Assembly (NCBI GenBank): GCA_018715565.1
Contig: DVLJ01000236.1
Location: forward strand, 48-64,047
DNA: 64,000 nucleotides
Direction: 5' to 3'
Source of the DNA: Candidatus Ventrimonas merdavium
Lineage (GTDB): Bacteria > Bacillota > Clostridia > Lachnospirales > Lachnospiraceae
This document shows, one piece after another, positions 9,703 to 18,800 of this stretch. The notes under the pieces are model-generated. The model did not search any database. It was given only the letters and a program-made list of their open reading frames with translations, and had not been told where the DNA came from. How positions within the stretch are numbered: position 1 is the stretch's first letter; the number at the start of each line of letters is the position of its first letter. A program made the translations under genes and the position numbers.

Positions 9703-9792
9703 TGTGATGCCTCTTTTCCATACCTGATAAAAAAATGTCTCCCCATGGGGCACATCACTTTCGTGAGAGGTGTGGGGAGTCCTGTTGGTATT

Positions 9793-9821
9793 ATCATATT
9801 CTTATCTGCGAAAAAAGTCAA
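9793..9821 (-). promoter_or_regulatory. SigmaA-type promoter for the Abi_2 gene
   Basis: On the minus strand: TTGACT, 17-nt spacer, TATGAT. Confidence 0.45.
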
Positions 9822-9943
9822 CTGTAAAATCCAACATTCGTAAACAGACCGTAAGGACTTCCCGCCCCCTCCCATGCTATACTGAAAATATCAAAAAATC
9901 TTCTCGAACCTTCCACCAGAACCAGCAGAAAGGAGCGCCCTGT

Positions 9944-11314
9944 ATGAACGATGACCAGACCAGGAAAACCAGCGCCACCGGCGCTGTGGAAAGCATGTTC
10001 CCTCCGGCCAGAGAGCTGGTCCTGGCGGGATTGACCTTTACCTTCTTTTCCCTCGAGATCGGGTTCCTGCCTTACCTGACCCATGCCTGCGGGGCGTTCT
10101 GGCTGTTCCGGGGTCTGGGAAAGCTGCGGGATCTGAACCGGCCGTTCCGGCAGGCATACCGTATTTCCGCTGCTTTTCTGCTCTGGCATGTCCTCTTGTT
10201 CGGCATCCTGGTCTCCCCGGCCGTCCGGATCTTGGAAGGCGTTTTCTTAACGGCGGGCCTGACCGCCTGCCGGATCGCCATGCTGGGCTTCACCCGCAAA
10301 GGCTTTCGGGAGCTCTGCGACCGTCAGGGCATCGTCCCGGACCGGGATCCGTTCCTCTGGCTGGCCGTGAGCCAGGGCGTACTTCTCTGCGCCGGTCTTA
10401 CCCCAGGACTGTCCGGCGTGACTCTGATCGGCTGGGCTTCGGTCCTCTGGATCGTCTATCTGCTGTACTCCGCCGCCAAGCTGACCAGCTCCATAGGCAA
10501 ACAGCTTCCACCGGTCCCTGCGCCGGATCGGTTCCCCGGAGAACGGTGGATGGCTCCCGCCTGCGCGGCGGCCTGCATCCTCTTAGCTTCCACCTGCGTC
10601 TTCTGGAACCACCGACCCCCAGCCGCCGCAGAGGTCCCCTCCCGCTCGGCCGAAGCCGCCCAGATCCAGGCTCATCTGGCCGCTCTTGGCGCACCGGAAC
10701 AGGTGCTCTCTGATCTGACGGACCAGGATCTGCTCACCTTAAGCTCCGTTACGGAAGTCCAGGTACAGGAGGAACAGGTTTCCTTTTCCATCCGCCACAG
10801 CCTGTCTGACCAGGAGGAACAAAGCCTGTACAGCACCGCCGTCTGCTTTCTGACCGAAGACCAGAGGACCTTCGTACTGGAACATTTCACCTGCAGCGGC
10901 ATCGCTCCTTTCTGGCAGGACGGTCTCTGGATCAACTCCATCCTTCCGCCCCGGCAGCCGTCCGGACAGGTTCTCTTCTCCCGGAACGGCAGAGAATGGA
11001 CCGCCCCTATGTCCAGCTTGGGAACGATCGACGGCACATCCTACACCTTTTTCGGCATGTCCTCCTCGGTCCACGGGCTGTACGCAGATTTCTGCTTTCC
11101 ATTTTTCTCGGAGGATCAGCGGGGATATGTGCTGTACCAGGCAGGGCTCCCCTCGGACTCGGATTCTTACAGTCATACGGCCTATACCCGCTACTGCCAT
11201 GCGCCGGGACCTTTGCGGCTGCCATATTTCCAGACCGGAGAACTCCTGAGAGACCAGCTGGGGCAGACAAGCGGGACCTCCCTTTGGACCGCCAGTTTTC
11301 AGGTTAATTGGTGA
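9944..11314 (+). CDS. Polytopic membrane protein with a C-terminal soluble domain, function unknown
   Basis: About 6 hydrophobic helices in the first 270 aa, followed by a roughly 190-aa domain I do not recognise. ATG at 9944 follows AAAGGAG. The upstream part of the track ORF (9770-9943) is AT-rich spacer. Confidence 0.6.
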   Translation: MNDDQTRKTSATGAVESMFPPARELVLAGLTFTFFSLEIGFLPYLTHACGAFWLFRGLGKLRDLNRPFRQAYRISAAFLLWHVLLFGILVSPAVRILEGVFLTAGLTACRIAMLGFTRKGFRELCDRQGIVPDRDPFLWLAVSQGVLLCAGLTPGLSGVTLIGWASVLWIVYLLYSAAKLTSSIGKQLPPVPAPDRFPGERWMAPACAAACILLASTCVFWNHRPPAAAEVPSRSAEAAQIQAHLAALGAPEQVLSDLTDQDLLTLSSVTEVQVQEEQVSFSIRHSLSDQEEQSLYSTAVCFLTEDQRTFVLEHFTCSGIAPFWQDGLWINSILPPRQPSGQVLFSRNGREWTAPMSSLGTIDGTSYTFFGMSSSVHGLYADFCFPFFSEDQRGYVLYQAGLPSDSDSYSHTAYTRYCHAPGPLRLPYFQTGELLRDQLGQTSGTSLWTASFQVNW

Positions 11315-11513
11315 AAGAGTGAGGATATGATCAGACTCCTATCCCACTCAAAATCTTTCCCAAATTTAACATTTCCCCCACCGCCGATTTGATCTTCCCC
11401 TTCTATACTCCTTCTATATTGTACCCTGACAGCGTCCGGGAAACGGCCCGTCTGAGACGCCGCCCCGGACGCTGCCGCAAAGGAAAAGAAAAAGGAGAGG
11501 AACCAGATCCAAT

Positions 11514-12176
11514 ATGAAGATCACCTATCAGGATATCATCCGGAACAAAGAGATCGAACAATACATCGCCATGGGCAACGAGGTTCTGGGAAAGCTGGGC
11601 TTTACGGAGCATTCCGTCAAGCACGCCGCCGTGGTGGCGGACCGGGCAGCTAAGATTCTGGAAGACATCGGCGCTTCCAAAAAAGAGATCGAGCTGGCCA
11701 AGATCGCCGGCTACATGCATGACATCGGTAACTGTGTGAACCGCCACGACCATGCCCACAGCGGCGCCATCATCGCCTTTCAGATCCTGCGGGATCTGGG
11801 GATGCCTACTGAGGACATCGCCGTGATCGTTTCCGCCATCGGCAATCACGACGAAGCCACAGGAACCGCCGTGACCCCAGTTTCAGCGGCAGTCATCCTG
11901 GCGGATAAGACCGACGTGCGCTCCAACCGGGTACGCAACAAAGACACCGCCGCTTTTGATAAGCATGACCGGGTCAACTACGCCGTCCGCAAAGCAAGCG
12001 TCACCACGGATCCCAAGAAGGGCGTCATCCATCTCAATATCAAGTTGGATGAAGATATCTGCTCCGTCCTGGATTATTTTGAGATCTTTACCGAGCGGAT
12101 GCTGATGTGCCGGCGGGCCTCCGAGCTTTTGGGGCTGCGGTTCAAATTTACGGTCAATGGAAGCAAAGTCCTATGA
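11514..12176 (+). CDS. HD-domain phosphohydrolase
   Basis: HSVKHAAVVA...GYMHDIGN...HDHAHSG...IGNHDE is an HD metal-binding pattern. AAAGGAGAGGAA RBS. Confidence 0.8.
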   Translation: MKITYQDIIRNKEIEQYIAMGNEVLGKLGFTEHSVKHAAVVADRAAKILEDIGASKKEIELAKIAGYMHDIGNCVNRHDHAHSGAIIAFQILRDLGMPTEDIAVIVSAIGNHDEATGTAVTPVSAAVILADKTDVRSNRVRNKDTAAFDKHDRVNYAVRKASVTTDPKKGVIHLNIKLDEDICSVLDYFEIFTERMLMCRRASELLGLRFKFTVNGSKVL

Positions 12177-12215
12177 TCCTCCGGCAGCGGCGGCTCTGGA
12201 ACATGCGTCCATTCC

Positions 12216-13193
12216 CTACCGCAGCCGTTCCAAAAACCGCCGTCTTCCGGCCTCCTGGTCCTCCAGGCTTTTTAATTTCTCTACATTTTTATCTGGCACC
12301 CACGCCTTGTTGGCGTTGAAATAGTAGTTCAGCTGTTTCCAGTATTTCTCCGGATACAAGAACAGGCAGTACAGGCAGTCCCGGTCCTCCCGGGTCACCG
12401 GCAGCACCCGGTCGTAGCTTTCCATCATGGAAATGCCCAGCCGTTCGTCCCAGCCATGCTTTTCCATCACCTTCCGCATGAACCGGTACAGATCTGTCAT
12501 CTGCCGTCCCCGGTGCATCTGGTTAAACTCAATAAAGGCCACCTCCCGGGGGCCGATCAGCACATGGTGCTGGTCCAGATCGCCATGACATAAAAAAAGC
12601 TGGTCCTGCCTCTGATTTCTCCCGAGTAGTTCCAGCCCTTCCTGTGCCGTCAGCGCCTGTTCGTAATACACGTCAAAATGCTGCATGACACAAAGCTCAA
12701 ATTCACTTTTCTTTCGTTTTCCCCGGATGTAGGTGCGCACCCGTTTCATTTCCCGGGTATGCCGCCTCATCTCGTCGTCCAGGGCAGGCCGCAGATTGGA
12801 GCCCATCGTCCAGTCCTCCTGCCACGGGATCTGCCGGAACGCCCGGTGCAGCCCGGCGATCTGGCTCACAGCGGTCAGCACCTCCCGGCTGTCCTTCAGA
12901 TTGCACTCCCGATCCAGGAACCATTCCTTTAAAATGTAATGGGTCCCGTCGGGGCCGGTGGTGAGAAGCTCGCCTTCCTGATTCCGCACATACTGATCCA
13001 CCGCCGTGATCCCCAGCTCCTTTAGCTGAGCCAGTACCTGTTCCTCAAATTCCAGCCGTTTGATCGTCCCCCGATATTCCTTCAGCAGACGGATCCCGCC
13101 CTCCTGTTCGCAGATCCAGGCTCCCCGGCCTCTGCGGACGCTGGCGGTCTCCCCCTCATACTGCTTCAGCACCTCCAGATAACTGTCGTTCAC
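12216..13193 (-). CDS. CotS-family spore-coat protein / kinase-like phosphotransferase
   Basis: Kinase-like fold with LCHGDLDQHHVLI (catalytic loop) and FIEFNQM. Length and pattern are typical of CotS/YutH-family proteins. GTG start at 13193 preceded by GGAGTGGAGGGG. Confidence 0.7.
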   Translation of the reverse strand: MNDSYLEVLKQYEGETASVRRGRGAWICEQEGGIRLLKEYRGTIKRLEFEEQVLAQLKELGITAVDQYVRNQEGELLTTGPDGTHYILKEWFLDRECNLKDSREVLTAVSQIAGLHRAFRQIPWQEDWTMGSNLRPALDDEMRRHTREMKRVRTYIRGKRKKSEFELCVMQHFDVYYEQALTAQEGLELLGRNQRQDQLFLCHGDLDQHHVLIGPREVAFIEFNQMHRGRQMTDLYRFMRKVMEKHGWDERLGISMMESYDRVLPVTREDRDCLYCLFLYPEKYWKQLNYYFNANKAWVPDKNVEKLKSLEDQEAGRRRFLERLR

Positions 13194-13255
13194 GCCATCC
13201 CCTCCACTCCTCTGTCTGTCAGTCTTCCTGTCAGCTACTTCCAGAGTATGAAAAA

Positions 13256-14476
13256 TCAGGGGGATTTATGCCCGTTACCTGTTCCTGGCCAAAGCCCGAA
13301 CTTTTTTAGCAGGAGTTCCTTCTGGTTTTCCTCCGGGTGGTCCAGCACCACTTCCAGCATCTGGTCCAGCAGTCCGCCCATCTCCTTGCCCGGCTTCACG
13401 CCGGCAGCCATAAGATCCTGACCCTTGACCGCCAGATGCTTCAGGTCCAGACAGTCTCCCGCCTCCCGGATCTGATCGGTCAGGCGGCGGATCTCTGCTC
13501 CGTATCCATTCAGCTCCATCAAGGCGTCCCAGACCTCCGGCTCCATCTGGCTCATAGCCCGCCGCACCGCCGCCGCATCCGCCGGCATGGCCGCGCCGGA
13601 CCAGGCCACCAGGGTCCGCACCCGGCTGATGGTGGCGTTATCCAGCTTTAGATCCTTTAAAATCTGCACTGCGGTCTGGGCAGCTGCACCATCTCCCGGC
13701 GCCTTCCCGCATCGCAGGAAGGCCGCCCAGCGCACGTATTTCTCCCGGCTTAAGGAAGAAGGGATGCAGACCTTCTGCCAGGGCAGACCGGCAAATGCAG
13801 GGGACACGTACTGGCTCACCCCGGTCTCATAGACCTGGCAGATCCGCTCCGGATGGTCGGAGCAGAGCAGCTTCGTCAGTTCCATCTGCACCCGTTCCCG
13901 GCTGACCTTGGCCAGATTGGGGGCAATGCGACTGATGGCGTTCCAGGTCTCCTTCTCCACGGAAAAATCCAGCTGAGCGGAGAACCGGATCGCCCGGAGG
14001 ATGCGCAGGGCGTCCTCCGTAAAGCGCTCCATAGGATCCCCCACGCAGCGGATGACCCGGCGTTCCAGATCCTGGATCCCGCCGAAGGCGTCCACCAGAC
14101 CAGTCTCCCGGCTGTAGGCCATGGCATTGATAGTGAAATCCCGCCGTTTTAGATCCTCCAACAGATCTGGGGTGAATTCCACCTGCTTGGGATGGCGGCC
14201 GTCCTCGTAGGCCCCATCGATCCGGTAGGTGGTCACCTCGTAGCCAGTCTTTTCCACCATCACCGTCACCGTTCCGTGCTGGATCCCGGTATCGATGGTC
14301 CGCCGGAACAGTGCCTTGACCTGCTCCGGACGGGCGGAGGTGGTGATATCCCAGTCCTCCGGCTCCCGGCCCAAAAGCGTATCCCGGACGCAGCCTCCCA
14401 CGGCGCAGGCTTCAAACCCGGCCTGGTTCAATATTCCAATGATGTGCTCCACCTGGGGAGGGATCTGTATCTGCAT
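13256..14476 (-). CDS. cca: CCA-adding tRNA nucleotidyltransferase
   Basis: GGCVRDTLLGREPEDWDITT head motif, RRDFTINAMA and a C-terminal HD-less tail. Typical of Firmicute Cca. Confidence 0.85.
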   Translation of the reverse strand: MQIQIPPQVEHIIGILNQAGFEACAVGGCVRDTLLGREPEDWDITTSARPEQVKALFRRTIDTGIQHGTVTVMVEKTGYEVTTYRIDGAYEDGRHPKQVEFTPDLLEDLKRRDFTINAMAYSRETGLVDAFGGIQDLERRVIRCVGDPMERFTEDALRILRAIRFSAQLDFSVEKETWNAISRIAPNLAKVSRERVQMELTKLLCSDHPERICQVYETGVSQYVSPAFAGLPWQKVCIPSSLSREKYVRWAAFLRCGKAPGDGAAAQTAVQILKDLKLDNATISRVRTLVAWSGAAMPADAAAVRRAMSQMEPEVWDALMELNGYGAEIRRLTDQIREAGDCLDLKHLAVKGQDLMAAGVKPGKEMGGLLDQMLEVVLDHPEENQKELLLKKFGLWPGTGNGHKSP

Positions 14477-14512
14477 AGGGGTGATTCCTTTCTAATTTAA
14501 TTGAGATTGCCT

Positions 14513-14559
14513 GAAAAGCTCCGGCCCGGGGCTTCCGCATCCAGCGGCGTCCCCGGGCC
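14513..14559 (-). terminator. Intrinsic terminator after proS
   Basis: On the minus strand: GGCCCGGGG, 19-nt loop, CCCCGGGCC, followed by GGAGCTTTTC. Confidence 0.5.
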
Positions 14560-14579
14560 GTTCTCCAAGGGAAACGGGA

Positions 14580-16013
14580 TCAATAAGCCCGGCCCCAGTA
14601 TACCATCTTCTTAGCCGGTTTGCCGCAGCATACGCAGCGATCCGAGATCTGCTCCTGCGCAAAGGGCATGCAGCGGGACGTAGCCCCCGTATCCTCTTTG
14701 ATCTTGTCCTCGCAGGCCCGGTCTCCGCACCACATGGCCTTGACAAAGCCAGGCTTCTCCTCGATGGTCTTGACAAAATCCTCGTAATTGTCCGCCGAAT
14801 AGGTGTGGCTGTCCCGATGGGCTCTTGCCCGCTCCAGCATATCCTTCTGGATGGTCTCTAACAGCTCGCCCACCTTGGCCGCGATCTCGTCTAAGGAAAC
14901 CTCGATCTTCTCGTGGGTATCCCGGCGTACCAGGACCGCCTTGCCATTCTCGATATCTCTCGGTCCGATCTCCACCCGCACCGGAATGCCGCGCATCTCG
15001 CATTCGCTGAACTTCCAGCCCGGGCTCTTGTCGGTATCGTCCACCTTCACCCGGAAGCCGGACAGCACGTCGCGCAGCTCATAAGCCTTCTCCAGAACGC
15101 CGGCCTTCTGCTGCTGCACCGGAACCACGATCACCTGGGTGGGCGCGATCCGCGGCGGCAGGACCAGACCGTTATCATCGCCGTGGGCCATGATGATGGC
15201 ACCGATCAGACGGGTGCTCACGCCCCAGGAGGTCTGGTGCACATACTGGAGGGAATTGTCCTTGGCCGCATACTGGATGCCAAAGGCCTTGGCGAATCCG
15301 TCTCCGAAGTTATGGCTGGTGCCGGACTGCAGCGCCTTCCCATCGTGCATCAGTGCCTCAATGGTATAAGTAGACTCCGCGCCTGCAAATTTCTCCTTGT
15401 CGGTCTTCTGGCCCCGGATCACCGGAATCGCCAGCACTTCCTCACAGAAATCCGCATAGATGTTCAGCATCTGGATGGTGCGCTCCTCTGCTTCCTCCGC
15501 TGTAGCGTGAGCCGTATGGCCCTCCTGCCACAAAAACTCTCTGGACCGCAGGAAGGGACGGGTAGTCTTCTCCCAGCGCACCACAGAGCACCACTGGTTG
15601 TAGACTCTGGGCAGATCCCGATAGGAGTGGATATCCTTTGCATAAAAATCACAGAACAGGGTCTCAGAAGTAGGACGGACGCACATCCGCTCCTGCAGCG
15701 GCTCCAGGCCGCCGTGGGTCACCCAGGCCACCTCCGGTGCAAAGCCTTCTACATGATCCTTCTCCTTCTGGAGCAGGCTCTCCGGGATAAAAATGGGCAT
15801 GTACACGTTCTGTACCCCGGCCGCCTTAAACCGGCGGTCCAGCTCTGCCTGGATATTCTCCCAGATCGCGTAGCCGTCCGGCTTGATCACCATGCATCCC
15901 TTTACGCTCGCGTAATCGCAGAGCTCTGCTTTCTTTACCACATCCGTGTACCACTGGGCGAAATCCACGTCCATGGATGTGATGGCTTCTACCAGTTTCT
16001 TGTCCTTTGCCAT
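14580..16013 (-). CDS. proS: Prolyl-tRNA synthetase (archaeal/eukaryote-like type without editing insertion)
   Basis: [26 protein letters not shown]..., class II motifs ([22 protein letters not shown]) and the C-terminal zinc-type CxxC...CVCCG...YWGRAY. Start at the ATG at 16013 after AAAGGAGAA. Confidence 0.92.
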   Translation of the reverse strand: MAKDKKLVEAITSMDVDFAQWYTDVVKKAELCDYASVKGCMVIKPDGYAIWENIQAELDRRFKAAGVQNVYMPIFIPESLLQKEKDHVEGFAPEVAWVTHGGLEPLQERMCVRPTSETLFCDFYAKDIHSYRDLPRVYNQWCSVVRWEKTTRPFLRSREFLWQEGHTAHATAEEAEERTIQMLNIYADFCEEVLAIPVIRGQKTDKEKFAGAESTYTIEALMHDGKALQSGTSHNFGDGFAKAFGIQYAAKDNSLQYVHQTSWGVSTRLIGAIIMAHGDDNGLVLPPRIAPTQVIVVPVQQQKAGVLEKAYELRDVLSGFRVKVDDTDKSPGWKFSECEMRGIPVRVEIGPRDIENGKAVLVRRDTHEKIEVSLDEIAAKVGELLETIQKDMLERARAHRDSHTYSADNYEDFVKTIEEKPGFVKAMWCGDRACEDKIKEDTGATSRCMPFAQEQISDRCVCCGKPAKKMVYWGRAY

Positions 16014-16170
16014 GACTGTTCTCCTTTTTCTCTCTTTTCCTGAATCAATAAAAAATGTGCGTTTGGCGCACACTCGCGCCGGAGCGCGGCTGCCTCAGCA
16101 GCCATATTCCTCTGCGCGGAGTGCGCCTCCCCGCGGAGCGTTTTGTTTCTTGGAAATTAATTTTCCAAGA

Positions 16171-16451
16171 AACAAAAAACACCCGGTCCCCTGCCATCTC
16201 CATGATGACGAGGGACCGGATGATCATATCATTCGGCGGTACCACCCTGATTAGCACTCCCTGTAGGGAATGCCCGCTTTCACTCCGTTAACGCCGGAAA
16301 ACACGCTGCAGTTCGCTGCAGGACTCCAGGGCCGGTTCAGCGTCCGATCGCACGAAAGCCTCTCACCTTACGGCTCTCTCTCTGGATGTGTCTGGATCGC
16401 TTACTAATCCCGTTCACCGTCTGTTCTTATGCCGGACTGGGTCCGTATGTA
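16171..16451 (-). promoter_or_regulatory. T-box leader (tRNA-sensing riboswitch) controlling proS
   Basis: On the minus strand: AGAGAGAG and GGTGAGAG stem-I elements, and a candidate specifier GAA-CCG-G (Pro codon). The conserved T-box AATCAGGGTGGTACCGCCG lies at 16231-16258. The terminator is CCGGTCCC...GGGACCGG followed by GTGTTTTTTG (16171-16219). Confidence 0.8.
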
Positions 16452-16457
16452 TGCTTG

Positions 16458-16486
16458 ATTCTACGGCATTTCGCCGGGAATGTCAA
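16458..16486 (-). promoter_or_regulatory. SigmaA-type promoter of the proS T-box leader
   Basis: On the minus strand: TTGACA, 17-nt spacer, TAGAAT. Confidence 0.55.
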
Positions 16487-16504
16487 GCGGTTTTGCCGCT
16501 TCCC

Positions 16505-16762
16505 TTACTTCTGGCTCTCGTCGTAGCACTGGCGCACTGCCCTGGCCAGCTGGTCTGCGCAGGACGTATCCCGATTGCCGCAGGTGTTGCCCCGCAGGAC
16601 ACTCTCGATCTGCTCTACGGTCATACCGTTCACCAGCTTGCTGATGGCCTTTAGGTTGCCGTTGCAGCCTCTTACAAATTCAATATTCTTGACCACGTTG
16701 CCCTCTAAGTCGAAGGAGATCGACGTCGGGCAGACGTTGTGGGGTTTTACTGTATATCTCAT
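16505..16762 (-). CDS. TSCPD-domain protein (TIGR03905-type 4-Cys small protein)
   Basis: 85 aa. ISFDLEGNVVKNIEFVRGCNGNLKAISKLVNGMTVEQI...GNTCGNRDTSCADQLA is the pattern of this small conserved family. GAGGAGGAG RBS. Confidence 0.75.
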   Translation of the reverse strand: MRYTVKPHNVCPTSISFDLEGNVVKNIEFVRGCNGNLKAISKLVNGMTVEQIESVLRGNTCGNRDTSCADQLARAVRQCYDESQK

Positions 16763-16850
16763 GCTCTGCTCCTCCTCATGTTCTCAACATTGTTTCTTTA
16801 TCATACTTCCGGACAAGCCCTCTGTCAAGATAGGACGGTAAAATCCTCAC

Positions 16851-16959
16851 TGTAAATTCCTTACTGCGCCATCATGATCCTCACGATCTCCTTGTCCGTC
16901 TGGCGCATGCCCTCCCGGCCCAGGCGGCTGACATTGCGGATCGTGGCCTCTACGCCGTT
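16851..16959. repeat. 109-bp direct repeat, copy 1 (identical to 18801-18909)
   Basis: Base-by-base reading shows 16851-16959 is identical to 18801-18909. Flanking bases differ on both sides (16850 c vs 18800 t; 16960 c vs 18910 g). Confidence 0.9.
16861..16959 (-). pseudogene. Orphan 3' fragment (last 32 codons plus stop) of the cyuA/yhaM-like gene
   Basis: Encodes NGVEATIRNVSRLGREGMRQTDKEIVRIMMAQ*, identical to the end of the intact gene at 18811-18909. No upstream coding continuation. Confidence 0.85.
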
Positions 16960-16973
16960 CTGCCTCTGTTTGC

Positions 16974-18419
16974 TTATTGCCTGTAAACCGTAATATATCT
17001 TTGATTCTGGCTTCTTGGTTTATCGGGAATTGTCATTGCCAGTAATCCGCTGTCCAGCAACGGCCGCAGATATTTTTGTGTGAAATTCTTTGTGTTTTTA
17101 TATCCGCAGTGTTCCGCAATTTCCGCCTTAGAGTGGGGTGCTTTGCAGAAAGACAAAATTTTATCTGTCATTGTCACTTGGGTTGTCACTTGGGTTGTCA
17201 CTTGGGTTGTCACTTGGGTCTTTTCCTGCGGCCCCACCTTTTCTACTGCAACAGAAGTCAAAGGGACCACTGTACGGAACACATCCCCCTCAATAAATTC
17301 CGGTGTGCCGCCAGAATAGAGTTTCGTGTATTTGTAAGTATTACGCATACCAGACCCCAGTTCGTCAGCCAGGCCGATTTCTCGGAATACCTTCGAGATC
17401 GGTGGGTTCTTGGCATAGGGTTCAAAGGAAGAAAGATGAAGCGCCCCATAGCCATGGGAACGGTTGGCATTCTCTGTGTAGAGTCTGCCCCGCTCGATGA
17501 CAAACTTTGCCACATATCCGCTTGAATAGTCCCGATGTGCCAGACTGTTAGAAAAAATCTCCCGCAGGATCCTGTCTCTGGCGCTAACGCTTTGAATCCC
17601 CTCCTGCACAAAGGGGTCGCTGAGATGCTTTTGCCCAAACGCGATCAGTCGGTCATAGCTTTCCAGAAGATTTGTGATAATCACATCCCGATCATCATAG
17701 CGGTCCAGATTCTCTACCCGGAAAATGGCGTCGGTCTTATGCTGAGGGAGGACTGACATGATGGTAGCGTCTTTTCCAAAAAGAAGGATCGCCGCAAGGG
17801 TAATACCTTCCAGCTGCCGCTCCTCATCTTTCAAGATCAGACCAGCGCTGCGAAGCATTTCTTCATCAGACATGGATTTCCAGGGATGGTTGGAGCTGCG
17901 GATAGAAGTCATGGTTCTGGCCCGTTCCATCAGATCAGAACGCAGATCATCCATCTGAAACCGGGTCACTTTATTGACGAAATAGCTGCCACTTTTCCGT
18001 GCATATAGCTGGTACACCATATCGGAATTATCCGTAATATCCATGTCAGATTCATGGTTCCGGTCAAAAATGCGTCCCCGGTGGCGGCACACCTGACTGC
18101 TGATCGGGACTTGGATGACCAGGATCGTGCGTCCATCTACAAGGTATGTTTCCGGTTGTAAGTAAAGCGGCGGATTGATTTTTTGGCCGTTATTAATGGA
18201 GGTAACAAAATCCTTTTTCATACGGTCAACCGCATCCGGGGCGATGCCAAGGATCTCCCCGTTGTCTTTCACGCCAAGGAGGATGATTCCGCCATCGCGG
18301 TTGGAAAAGGAACAAACCGTATCGTACACATCTTTGGTAATCTCATTGGTGGATTTCTTGAACTCTACGTGGATGTTTTCACCGCCATGAATGAGCTTCA
18401 GAAGTTCTGTTTCTGTCAT
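16974..18419 (-). CDS. AlbA_2 (Schlafen-like, divergent AAA) domain ATP-binding protein with a C-terminal wHTH-like region
   Basis: The N-terminus TETELLKLIHGGENIHVEFKKS...VCSFSNRDGGIILLGVKDNGEILGI is the AlbA_2 signature. The central part resembles the HATPase_c_4-type region of RecG-C-terminal-like 'putative transcriptional regulator' proteins. Start at the ATG at 18419, downstream of the promoter at 18460-18488. Confidence 0.75.
   Translation of the reverse strand: MTETELLKLIHGGENIHVEFKKSTNEITKDVYDTVCSFSNRDGGIILLGVKDNGEILGIAPDAVDRMKKDFVTSINNGQKINPPLYLQPETYLVDGRTILVIQVPISSQVCRHRGRIFDRNHESDMDITDNSDMVYQLYARKSGSYFVNKVTRFQMDDLRSDLMERARTMTSIRSSNHPWKSMSDEEMLRSAGLILKDEERQLEGITLAAILLFGKDATIMSVLPQHKTDAIFRVENLDRYDDRDVIITNLLESYDRLIAFGQKHLSDPFVQEGIQSVSARDRILREIFSNSLAHRDYSSGYVAKFVIERGRLYTENANRSHGYGALHLSSFEPYAKNPPISKVFREIGLADELGSGMRNTYKYTKLYSGGTPEFIEGDVFRTVVPLTSVAVEKVGPQEKTQVTTQVTTQVTTQVTMTDKILSFCKAPHSKAEIAEHCGYKNTKNFTQKYLRPLLDSGLLAMTIPDKPRSQNQRYITVYRQ
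17173..17219. repeat. In-frame 12-bp tandem repeat (about 4 units) inside the AlbA_2 gene
   Basis: GTCACTTGGGTT repeated four times on the plus strand. It encodes (TQVT)n: KTQVTTQVTTQVTTQVTM. Confidence 0.85.
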
Positions 18420-18459
18420 AGAGGCAACCGCCCCCTTTCCGTTTGAAATTCGCATTACT

Positions 18460-18488
18460 ATTATACGAGATTTTTCAAGGAATATCAA
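18460..18488 (-). promoter_or_regulatory. SigmaA-type promoter of the AlbA_2 cassette gene
   Basis: On the minus strand: TTGATA, 17-nt spacer, TATAAT. Confidence 0.5.
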
Positions 18489-18716
18489 TTTCATGTCCGC
18501 TTTGAGACACGGAAAAATCCAGCGAAAAATTTCATGGCAGCTGCACGCACCATGCCGCCGTACGTCAGCAAAAGCCGCACCCTGGGCCAGTCCCTCCTTT
18601 TCTATCTCCGAGGATGCCCTCCTGTAAGCATAACAGGCTCCTTTTTAATATAGTTATCTGCTCACATTTGGCGAATATGTGGAGGTCCTTGCTCCCCGAT
18701 ATGTGCGCGCGGAGAT

Positions 18717-18766
18717 CACAGAAAAACAGAGAGCCGACCACTTTGAAAATGGGAAACTCTCTGTTT
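18717..18766 (-). terminator. Intrinsic terminator downstream of the cyuA-like gene
   Basis: On the minus strand: AAACAGAGAG, 23-nt loop, CTCTCTGTTT, followed by TTCTG. Confidence 0.55.
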
Positions 18767-18800
18767 GCAATCTCGCCTTTCAGCGTTAGTAATAAGTTGT

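Larger units (their letters stand above)
16960..18800. mobile_element. 1.84-kb low-GC single-gene insertion bounded by the 109-bp direct repeats (no recombinase gene)
   Basis: This unique segment between the repeat copies carries one gene with its own promoter. Its GC is visibly lower than the flanks. The geometry matches Campbell-type or site-specific integration into the 3' end of cyuA. Confidence 0.4.

Noticed and set aside
9770-9943. 58-aa N-terminal extension of the membrane-protein ORF
   Set aside because: It covers the AT-rich spacer that holds the divergent Abi promoter. The AAAGGAG RBS precedes the internal ATG at 9944.
14913-16043. 376-aa plus-strand ORF antisense to proS
   Set aside because: It is a shadow of a highly conserved aaRS gene, with no recognisable motif.
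17173-17219. Short tandem repeats (also 44206-44295, 60359-60430 and 63927-64000) considered as CRISPR arrays
   Set aside because: The units are 12-18 bp and directly abutting with no spacers. Three of the four are in frame inside coding sequences, and no cas genes are present.
16960-18800. Calling the repeat-flanked cassette an IS element, transposon or prophage remnant
   Set aside because: I found no transposase, integrase or terminal inverted repeats. The repeats are direct, 109 bp long and derived from host gene sequence, so only a generic insertion/cassette label is justified.
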